In this document: positions 20,385 to 28,117 of the stretch, in pieces
How the letters are laid out: every line of letters begins with the position of its first letter
Position numbering within the stretch: the first letter of the stretch is position 1
Made by a program: the position numbers and the translations under genes
The notes under the pieces: generated by a model
What the model saw: only the letters and a program-made list of their open reading frames with translations
What the model was told of the DNA's origin: nothing
Database searches by the model: none
NCBI GenBank assembly: GCA_040752695.1
Contig: JBFMGO010000070.1
Coordinates: 1-32,216, forward strand
From: a bacterium
Lineage (GTDB): Bacteria; SZUA-182; DTGQ01
Length of the DNA: 32,216 bases
Reading direction: 5' to 3'

Positions 20385-20581
20385 AGTCCCCTCCTATGAT
20401 TTGCACTACGCCGGCCATAGGTTTCCCCCTCTGTTATACGTTTTCGGGCAGCATTGGCTGAGAATTCGGAAGGATAGAAAGGATAGATATGATATTCCCA
20501 TCAGTCTTCTTCATGAAAAATCGATAGCCCGCTGGGGTGGCGGGCAAAAAATTTCCTGATATAAAATAAATTAAGGATGCA

Positions 20582-20656
20582 GGGCTGGAAAGCTGGTATT
20601 CTTTCGATCGGGGGAGTGAAAACACCTGATGGCCGTACACCAATCCATCCGGGGCT
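20582..20656 (-). ncRNA. Candidate structured cis-regulatory RNA, copy 1 (unassigned; strand tentative)
   Basis: 67 of 76 aligned positions identical to 22433-22508. It folds into nested stems with a TC-GAAA-GA hairpin and lies about 200 nt upstream of the binding-protein gene. Confidence 0.45.
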
Positions 20657-20724
20657 TTTAATGGCTTGCCTATACAATTTTAAGGGTGAAGCGGTACTAG
20701 AATTCACTCTACGCCTGGCGCACT

Positions 20725-20762
20725 AAAAAAAGGGCAGAGTCATTACTGACTCTGCCCTTTTT
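20725..20762. terminator. Bidirectional intrinsic terminator downstream of the PEP-CTERM-like gene
   Basis: AAAAAGGGCAGAGTCA-TTAC-TGACTCTGCCCTTTTT perfect inverted repeat. Confidence 0.9.
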
Positions 20763-20802
20763 CATCGCTTTTTTGTACCTGCTTTGTAGAATAATGTTTA
20801 CT

Positions 20803-21543
20803 TTAAAATAAACTAAATTTTTTCTTAATCCCTACCATCCCAACCAGCCCAAAAAGAAGGAGCACTCCAGAAGCCGGTATGGGAGTGGGAACGATATCAG
20901 TTCTGCCGTTTACAGTTGCCATATCGTAAGCGCTGAGGGTGAATGCTGTGTCAATAACTAAAACATCCGAGAACGGTCCAGTAGGTCCTACTGCTGATTC
21001 AAAAAGACCATCAGGTCCATCCCAAGATCCGACAACACCGGCGAGATTATAGGTGAAATTCTGGAGACCAACTCCCAGATTGCCCAGGACAACGAGTGAG
21101 CTTTCTTGGACAAATCCATTTACTCCTGCCGGGCTTACAGAGACAAGGTGATCGCCATTATCATTACCGCTGTAAGACAAAGATGATGTGACGGCTGTCG
21201 GGTAATTACCCATGACTACTGGAGTACTCCATGAACCTGAAAATGTTAGAGGAACGTTCAGATTATTTATTACAACCATACCATATTGAAGATATGGATC
21301 AATATCAGAATCGACAAAAAGATTCAAGTCAAAGTCGCCCTCGTGTATTTCATATGAACCCTTTGCCATCTCTATTTCTGTCAATGGGATAGTTTTACTA
21401 TAGATAGGGGCTGTGGTTTCTGAATTACTGACGTTAATGGTAACAGATGCACAAACTGGTGTAGCGGAAGCGGTTGATGCCAACATGAATACGAACCCAA
21501 GAACTGACAACAGCGAAATCGAAAGGAGTTTGAAGCTTCTCAT
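20803..21543 (-). CDS. Exported protein with PEP-CTERM/VPLPA-CTERM-like exosortase sorting signal
   Basis: Signal peptide ending ASA|TP; an acidic, beta-rich, Lys/Arg-poor body; C-terminal TPIPAS, TM helix and KKK. Confidence 0.85.
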   Translation of the reverse strand: MRSFKLLSISLLSVLGFVFMLASTASATPVCASVTINVSNSETTAPIYSKTIPLTEIEMAKGSYEIHEGDFDLNLFVDSDIDPYLQYGMVVINNLNVPLTFSGSWSTPVVMGNYPTAVTSSLSYSGNDNGDHLVSVSPAGVNGFVQESSLVVLGNLGVGLQNFTYNLAGVVGSWDGPDGLFESAVGPTGPFSDVLVIDTAFTLSAYDMATVNGRTDIVPTPIPASGVLLLFGLVGMVGIKKKFSLF

Positions 21544-22432
21544 TAAATTCTTTCCCCCAGAAAAAAATGTTTAAACTTGATGAATTAAATAATATAGGGA
21601 TACCGTCAGTAATCTCCTACTCATTTAATACTTCCTTCTCTTAAGACAAATAAGGCATTTACGGACAAAGCTCTTCAAAAATAAACAATGAATACAACCT
21701 CCTGTTCTCTTTCTGTAATCACCCCCTTTCGTGGAAGGTTCCTCTTACAGTAATGTATGGTTATAATGCCAGGTAATTATCTATTAGCTCTATACTTTTG
21801 CACTTATTCTCTGGGGCCTTGATTGTATCGAATTCCCATGAGATCCAAAGTTCGATAGTTTCAACATGTTAATAACTTTTTCAAATGTATGGTATTTATA
21901 AAATTTGCCTAAAAATAAAAAAGACATCTCTTAATGTGACTATGCAACTTTATAATACATTTTTTATGCCAAGGTAAATCCTGTAAAAAAAAGGATGCTT
22001 ATGAATCTGTAAGTTGTTGTATTCTTGATATTGGCTGAAAATTAACAACATTTTTACTCGTTTTTTCTGAACTATATCTTTGAGAAGAAGCAGTACCTAC
22101 TGGCAGCAGGCAAGTTACTACCATAACTGGTTGAATAACTGACTAATTCAAAAAGTAATGTAGCAAAGAAGCACTATTTTTGACCTTAATAGGGTTGATA
22201 AGTTTTTAAACACATGATGCCCGGAAGTGTTATACAACCTATGCAGCATTACTATTTGGGTAGCACCTCAATAATTGCAGATGAGGCCAGGGGGGGATAT
22301 GCCTGATGCGGCCACCAAGACCAGCACGCGGCTTGACGACCACTTTGGCAATACTAAGGAGAGCTTTGGATTAAAAGGAGTCTGCTCCATAAACTTTAAA
22401 AGCATCTTCTCATTCTCCAATTTAATGAGTCC

Positions 22433-22508
22433 GGGCTGGAAAGCCGGTATCTCTTTCGATCGGCGGAGTAAAATCACTTGCCGGCCGTACGCCAATCCAT
22501 CCGGGGCT
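22433..22508 (-). ncRNA. Candidate structured cis-regulatory RNA, copy 2 (unassigned; strand tentative)
   Basis: Direct-orientation homolog of 20582-20656, in the long intergenic region upstream of the PEP-CTERM-like gene. Confidence 0.45.
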
Positions 22509-22535
22509 CTTGTCTGCAAGCGGAATTGAATTTTC

Positions 22536-22575
22536 TGTCATCATAATTGACAATCTTTTTTATTAATGTTATATA
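22536..22575 (+). promoter_or_regulatory. Possible sigma70 promoter with an overlapping TGTCA-N7-TGACA palindrome
   Basis: TTGACA (22547)-N17-TATATA preceded by TGn; inverted repeat at 22536-22552. Confidence 0.4.
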
Positions 22576-22659
22576 GACTATCACATTGATGGACAGCACC
22601 AGGGGTAGCTTTGTGTTCAGGAAAGGATGTAATTTTGCGGAAGGCGGAGATAGACAGAT

Positions 22660-23046
22660 ATGCCTCATAAAATACATATTAAGGCCGGTGACATTGAACT
22701 TGAGGGAATCTTAAACGATACTCCCACCGCCAGGCTTATTTGGGAGAGATTGCCCATTGAATCATCCGGGAATCTGTGGGGAGAAGAAATTTACTTCTCC
22801 ATCCCGATCAACAGCGAGTTGGACAAGACCGCTCGAGACACTGTAGATCGCGGAGAGCTTGCCTACTGGCCGATAGGCAAGGCATTTTGTATTTTTTTCG
22901 GGCCAACGCCATTGACTGAGGGAGATGAAATCGTCAGTGCAGATAAAGTTAATATCGTCGGTCGCATAATCGGCGATCCTTCGAAGTTAAAAGAATTTGA
23001 AGATGGAGATTTTATTATTTTATCACGAGGAGGGTCAACCCAATGA
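22660..23046 (+). CDS. Cyclophilin-like fold protein (DUF369/TM1367-like)
   Basis: LPIESSGNLWGEEIYF, GELAYWPIGKAFCIFFGPTP, VNIVGRI. Confidence 0.85.
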   Translation: MPHKIHIKAGDIELEGILNDTPTARLIWERLPIESSGNLWGEEIYFSIPINSELDKTARDTVDRGELAYWPIGKAFCIFFGPTPLTEGDEIVSADKVNIVGRIIGDPSKLKEFEDGDFIILSRGGSTQ

Positions 23047-23237
23047 TAGCTATTGTTGACAGTGAATTATGCATAGGCTGCGGCCAGTGTGAAGAGCTTT
23101 GTCCTGATGTATTTGAAATCCTGGATGAAAAAGCCCAGGTAATTTCAGATGAAATCCCCGAGGATATTTTGGATACCTGTTATGAAGCAGTCGAAAGTTG
23201 CCCGGTCGATGCAATCGTGCTGGAGGAGGATGAATAG
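23043..23237 (+). CDS. Single-cluster ferredoxin
   Basis: CIGCGQCEELCPDVF...CPVDAI; acidic; GAGGAGG RBS and ATGA overlap. Confidence 0.93.
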   Translation: MIAIVDSELCIGCGQCEELCPDVFEILDEKAQVISDEIPEDILDTCYEAVESCPVDAIVLEEDE

Positions 23238-23346
23238 TAAGTAACTTTCTGACACCTTTTTTGGGGTTTTTGTAGACAATTCAGACCAGACCGGAAAAAA
23301 AATCGGGCTTTTTTGGTGCTTTTGGAATAATAAAAGGCCCTTGTTG

Positions 23347-23368
23347 AAGGGATCATAAGATCCCTTTT
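23347..23368. terminator. Hairpin/terminator between the convergent ferredoxin and helicase genes
   Basis: AAGGGATC-ATAA-GATCCCTT followed by TT. Confidence 0.55.
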
Positions 23369-23374
23369 GAAGTA

Positions 23375-26300
23375 TCAAAAGAGTCGTAATTGACGGGTCC
23401 TGGCAGGGAGGGATTTTTTTACCCTGGTAATGACATCAGCAGGGAGTTCCGTCAGAAAAGAGGATGGTCTGGTTTCTCTACGTTGATTATACCGCCAGCG
23501 GTGACGCGATGAAATAAGCACCAGTTCATCCTTGGCACGGGTCAACGCCACATAGAATAAGCGGCGTTCTTCCTCCATCTGTAATTTTTTCTGAAGGTTT
23601 GGGCGATCTTCCTTTTCATAAACTTCGTTTTTCGAATGGCCCTGCGTATGGCTCCAGTTAAAGCTGTTATGGCTCTGGGCAGGGACATAGTCGAAGAGAT
23701 GGTCATAGGGAAGCAGTCCATCTTCCAGCCCGCAGATAAAGATTACCGGAAACTCAAGCCCCTTGGCAGCATGAATGGTCATAAGTGAAACAGCTTCTCC
23801 GCTGGCAGGCGTTTTCATTCCCCGATATTCCAGATCCCCATCCCGAAATAAAAGAAGATTGTGTACAAATTCCGTAATCGATGAAAACTGCATCGAGCAT
23901 TGATAGAGCCGTTCCATGTCCGGATCATTGCTTCTCTCCACCCTTATTTCCTGCTCAATCAAATCTGCGATAAGCTGAGAAACGTTCCCCTTGTTTTCCC
24001 TGACTCTTGAATGGTAATTATCCTGCAGGGAAAGGATACACTGCAATTTCTCGCTGGCTGCCGCAGAGAAGGTCCCCTGCCTGACGGCGCTGAAAAAGGA
24101 ACAGTGATTGATACTGGCTATCTCCTGAAGACGCTGACACACACCGGATATCTCTTGAAAATGCTCACTGCGCCGTCCGGCCACAGGCTCGGAAAATGCC
24201 GCATCCCCCCACCTATGGAGAAGGTTCCACAGGGAGAAATCGTCTTCCGGATTGATTAAAAAGCGAAGCATGGCCACTACGGTTTGAACGCCGGGACTTT
24301 GCAAAAAGCTTTTTTGCCCGACCACCCGGTAAGGGATTCCTTCCCTGAGGAAGCATTCCTCTAAAGGAGCTGCCTGCTGGCCGGTTCTAAACAGGACGGC
24401 AAAATCGGAAAATCCAAGATCTCCTTCCTCTTCTTTCTGCAAAAGTGCTTCTGCTTCTTTCCGCGGATATGCTCCTGCTTCTTCCTGTGGATGCGCTTCT
24501 GCATGGTTGCCCTGTGGGGCGATCCGCAACCCGGCCTGCGCAGCTTGTGCGGTCCTCCGGGCAGTCTGTACGGTCTGATCAGTCAATGCGGGCCGGGAAG
24601 CCTGTGCGGTCTGCCGGTGTTTCGTGCCCTGTCTCTGGTCATGTTGTCCATGTGCCTGAAGCATGTCAACCCCTCCCATCATCCGGGTAATCTCCCGCAC
24701 AACGGTTATCCCTTCGGCCTGCTCACTGCCGACAAAATGCAGTTGAATCCCGCCTGTCTCCCTTCGGGCCCTTTGGCGATGCGGTTTCAGTTCAAGGGGA
24801 AAACGGTCGGGATTATGCCTGATCAGGGCACCGGCAGCCTTAAGGATATCGGCTGAAGAGCGGTAGTTCTCCTTCAGGTGAAAGAGCCGGTGGCCGGGAA
24901 AATCATCCTGAAGCCGGGAAAAAAACCGGTAGTCCGCCCCCCGGAAGGAATAGATGGCCTGGTCAGGATCGCCGATTACCACAAGACCCGCCCCGTCTGA
25001 GGCCAGGAGTTTGACCAAAAGATACTGAATTTCATTGACATCCTGGAATTCATCCACCAATATCCGGGTGATGCGGCTGCGGTATTTTTGCAGGATTTTC
25101 GGGTCAGACTGCAAAAGTTTAACCACCTTGAGCAGCACATCGTCATAATCGTAAGCCCGATAGCGATGCAACAGTCTCTGATAGGCCAGGCAGAGGGACC
25201 AAAGCTGCTCTCCAAAACGCTGCCCGCTGCTAAGCTGTTCGCCGCTGAACTGCCTGCCGGTAAGGTGCTCTTCGCCTGAGGCAAGCTCTTGGGCAAAATC
25301 AGCCACAGCTTCCTCGATCCAGGGCGGCGGTGAAGGCTGCCCACGAAGTGAAGACTCTTCCGGAAGCTGCGGGAGGGGCAGATGCTCTGGGAACTCCTCA
25401 GCAGGAAGATCGAGTGCCCATGCCCGCGATTTCACTTTTGATATCCACTGCCAGAGCCGCTGCGGCTGGATTCGCCGGCATCCATCGGGGGGTGAGTACC
25501 CTGCCAGGACCTCCCTTATCAAAAGCAGGGCGTCCTGCTCGTTGATCAGTGTTTTCGTATGATTGGTATCCTTGTTTTCAGTGTCTTCAACGTCTTCAGT
25601 GTCCTTAGCGTCCTCAGCGTTTCCAGCGTTTCCAGCGTCCTCAGATGATTTTGCTCTGGCTTCTTCTTCCTGCAGAATGCTCAGGCAAAAGTGATGAAAG
25701 GTGCCGGTGATCAGGCCATCGGCAGCAATTTCAGAGGGGAGGGTCTCTCGGATCCTTGCTTTCAACTCCTGGGCAGCTTTGTTAGTAAAGGTAATGGCCA
25801 GAATATGTTCCGGCAGGATTTTTTGAAATTGCAGCATATGAGCAATCCTGCATACCAGGGTCCGGGTTTTGCCTGTACCCGGACCAGCAATAATGATGAC
25901 CGGCCCTGCACTGGAGGTAATACATTCCCGCTGCTCTTCGTTGAGTTGGTCGAGCCAGGTGCGTTGATCGAGTTTGTGCTTCTGGCCCTCTTGGAGTGCG
26001 GGTTTATGCCTCTGGCCCTCTTGAGGCACTGTCGCTGACTCAAGGGGTGCGATTGTGGAGATTCCGCACTCAGGCGTTGAGAGGGGGGGGGTGGGCGGCT
26101 CAGGTGAGACGGCACCCTCGATACGATTCTTCCCGGCAGGGGATGGTTTTTTTTCAGCCGTGTGGAATGGTTTTTTTCCGGCCTCGTGGAATGGGCTTTT
26201 TCCGGACACAGAAGATGAATCTTCGCCTGCCGCAGGACTTTTCAGACCAAACAGGCTTGTCTGGGCCTTGAATTTTTGCCGCTCCCCGTCGTCAAACAGC

Positions 26301-27565
26301 CTGACTTTTCCATACTCGCCGTCAAATCCGGGCCGGATTTTTACTTCACCTTCCCGCACCCGTCGGACCCCTTCCGCCAGCAGGGCGCTGGATTGAGATC
26401 GAATCTCTTCCAGGGGAACGCTCCGCAGGATTTCCAGTTCGCTTCCCAGGCTGCCTAAGAGCTGGAAGTATGCCTGCTGGACCTTTTTACTGTTTTCCCC
26501 CACCTGATAGAACTCGGCCAGGATCTGGAGCAGGGGAACAACCGATTCGTAGGATTGCACAACACGATCAGGCCGCCCTCCGGGCGGCCGGTCGGCCAGT
26601 TCAACCGCGCGGTACATCACGCCGATCGTTACTTTCCTGCCGCACCGTGGGCAGATTCCAGCCGCTGCCATGGTTTCTTCGGGTGACCAGCAAATCTGGC
26701 AGGCGCGGTGGCCATCGTAATGATATTTCCCTTCTTCCGGATAGAACTCGATGGTTCCCAGAAAAGCCTCCGGGTCTTTGGTCTTGAGCGCCTGCCTGAT
26801 AGCCGCGTAGGAAAGCTCGGTCTTAAAGCAGTTGGCCTCCCTGGCCAGATTTTTGGGTGAGTGGGCGTCTGAGTTTGAAACCAGTGCATAGCGGTCGAGT
26901 GCCGAAAGCCTCCAGTTCATGGCCGGGTCTGAAGAAAGACCGGTCTCGAGAGCAAAAATATGCCCGGAAAGATCCTCGAAGCATTCCTCGAGACTATCGA
27001 AGCCGGACCGCGAGCCCAACAGGGAAAAGTGCGGCGTCCAGATATGGGCGGGAATAAACGACACCTGCGGACAGCAGTCCAGGACAATTTCCAAAAGGTG
27101 CCTGCTGTCCATCCCCAGAATCGGGCGGCCATCGGAGCGGATATTTCCAAAACGGTCGAGGACCGTGTTAATCTTCTCCGCACTGGCTATGTCAGGGACC
27201 AGCAACAGGTTATGAATTTTTCGTACCCTGCCGTTTTTCTTATAGATAGAGCTGATTTCCGCCGAGAGCAAAAACCGGACCTTTTGGGCATCTCCCTCAG
27301 CAGCAGTGCCAGACGTTACGGGAATTTTGCAGGTATGGGCAAAGGGTTTGGCGTATTCGGGCTTGAGCTCGTATAATCCTTCCTCCTGCGCAGGCTGAAG
27401 CTTACCTTTCAGCTCTTTCATCCATCCGGGGTGGGTGAAATCCCCGGTTCCAATCACCGTGAGCCCTTTCAACCTGGCCCACTGGCTAAGCTGCTCTGGA
27501 CAGCACTCCTTGCTGGTAGCCATGGAGTAATGGGAGTGAATATGAAAATCAGCGATAAATCGCAT
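23375..27565 (-). CDS. Endonuclease Q-like PHP domain fused to a UvrD/PcrA/Rep SF1 helicase
   Basis: N-terminal ADFHIHSHYS, GTGDFTHP, PAHIWTP, SNSDAHS, GKYHYDGHRAC...CPRCG. Helicase motifs AGPGTGKT, DEFQD, GDPDQAIY, NYRS, TIHAAKGLEF, EERRLFYVALTRA. Start placed at ATG 27565. Confidence 0.93.
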   Translation of the reverse strand: MRFIADFHIHSHYSMATSKECCPEQLSQWARLKGLTVIGTGDFTHPGWMKELKGKLQPAQEEGLYELKPEYAKPFAHTCKIPVTSGTAAEGDAQKVRFLLSAEISSIYKKNGRVRKIHNLLLVPDIASAEKINTVLDRFGNIRSDGRPILGMDSRHLLEIVLDCCPQVSFIPAHIWTPHFSLLGSRSGFDSLEECFEDLSGHIFALETGLSSDPAMNWRLSALDRYALVSNSDAHSPKNLAREANCFKTELSYAAIRQALKTKDPEAFLGTIEFYPEEGKYHYDGHRACQICWSPEETMAAAGICPRCGRKVTIGVMYRAVELADRPPGGRPDRVVQSYESVVPLLQILAEFYQVGENSKKVQQAYFQLLGSLGSELEILRSVPLEEIRSQSSALLAEGVRRVREGEVKIRPGFDGEYGKVRLFDDGERQKFKAQTSLFGLKSPAAGEDSSSVSGKSPFHEAGKKPFHTAEKKPSPAGKNRIEGAVSPEPPTPPLSTPECGISTIAPLESATVPQEGQRHKPALQEGQKHKLDQRTWLDQLNEEQRECITSSAGPVIIIAGPGTGKTRTLVCRIAHMLQFQKILPEHILAITFTNKAAQELKARIRETLPSEIAADGLITGTFHHFCLSILQEEEARAKSSEDAGNAGNAEDAKDTEDVEDTENKDTNHTKTLINEQDALLLIREVLAGYSPPDGCRRIQPQRLWQWISKVKSRAWALDLPAEEFPEHLPLPQLPEESSLRGQPSPPPWIEEAVADFAQELASGEEHLTGRQFSGEQLSSGQRFGEQLWSLCLAYQRLLHRYRAYDYDDVLLKVVKLLQSDPKILQKYRSRITRILVDEFQDVNEIQYLLVKLLASDGAGLVVIGDPDQAIYSFRGADYRFFSRLQDDFPGHRLFHLKENYRSSADILKAAGALIRHNPDRFPLELKPHRQRARRETGGIQLHFVGSEQAEGITVVREITRMMGGVDMLQAHGQHDQRQGTKHRQTAQASRPALTDQTVQTARRTAQAAQAGLRIAPQGNHAEAHPQEEAGAYPRKEAEALLQKEEEGDLGFSDFAVLFRTGQQAAPLEECFLREGIPYRVVGQKSFLQSPGVQTVVAMLRFLINPEDDFSLWNLLHRWGDAAFSEPVAGRRSEHFQEISGVCQRLQEIASINHCSFFSAVRQGTFSAAASEKLQCILSLQDNYHSRVRENKGNVSQLIADLIEQEIRVERSNDPDMERLYQCSMQFSSITEFVHNLLLFRDGDLEYRGMKTPASGEAVSLMTIHAAKGLEFPVIFICGLEDGLLPYDHLFDYVPAQSHNSFNWSHTQGHSKNEVYEKEDRPNLQKKLQMEEERRLFYVALTRAKDELVLISSRHRWRYNQRRETRPSSFLTELPADVITRVKKSLPARTRQLRLF

Positions 27566-27657
27566 GAGAAGCCTCTCTTCCATTGGTATCGATAAGCTTG
27601 GTACACTGTACATTAAATACGCAGCCAGATAGATTATCATCCACGCAGCACGTTATT

Positions 27658-27687
27658 CGTCATTCTGAGCGAAGGCTCAGAATGACG
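27658..27687. repeat. REP-like perfect palindrome
   Basis: CGTCATTCTGAGC-GAAG-GCTCAGAATGACG (13-bp stem). Confidence 0.85.
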
Positions 27688-28117
27688 TTGGGCGGATTTT
27701 TTCTTAAACCCGTCCCCGCAGGCTTTAAGCGGAGAAGTGTCCGCAAAAAGGACAGAAACAACCGGACGCGTAATTAGTGTACTTGCAGGCTTATTCAGCG
27801 CACTTATGGGCTTATATCGATAAGCAGGTAATTTGGGGGGACTTGCCCCCATGACATGCTATTTATAGCAATATCTTTATTATAGTCCCTCTTCCCCACA
27901 TTTACCAGTGAATGCTGCATGGCCCTGAAAGAAAATCCCAGAGAAGAACCGAAAGGTTGATTACCAAAGGAGCCTGATGAACTATTGAGGAGCCTGATAA
28001 ACCATAGTATGCTGCGCTGGCGATTAATCCGACAGGGAGCCACCAGGTAATAAATGTTATAAATCTTTGGCTTAACCGATCGGATGTAATGCGGGCAGGC
28101 AACGGGAAGTCTTCAAC

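Noticed and set aside
22452..22490. FMN-riboswitch-like GGCGGAGTAAAATC...CCGGCCGTA on the plus strand
   Set aside because: Only a fragment resembles RFN, the remaining conserved blocks are absent on this strand, and no riboflavin genes follow.
20582..22508. Repeat pair as a DGR template/variable repeat or as att sites
   Set aside because: Mismatches are not adenine-specific, neither copy is in a credible CDS, and there is no reverse transcriptase or integrase in the window.
20434..22519. Small ORFs 20434-20643, 20501-20707 and 22268-22519 sharing PDGLxYG/IPAFQP peptides as a paralogous peptide family
   Set aside because: Similarity is confined to the 75-nt element, a 1-nt indel shifts the frame, and most substitutions are non-synonymous.
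27800..28117. Small gene or pseudogene upstream of the STAND gene
   Set aside because: Only short ORFs without motifs; the AGGAGCCTGAT pair (27968, 27988) is counted among the tandem duplications.
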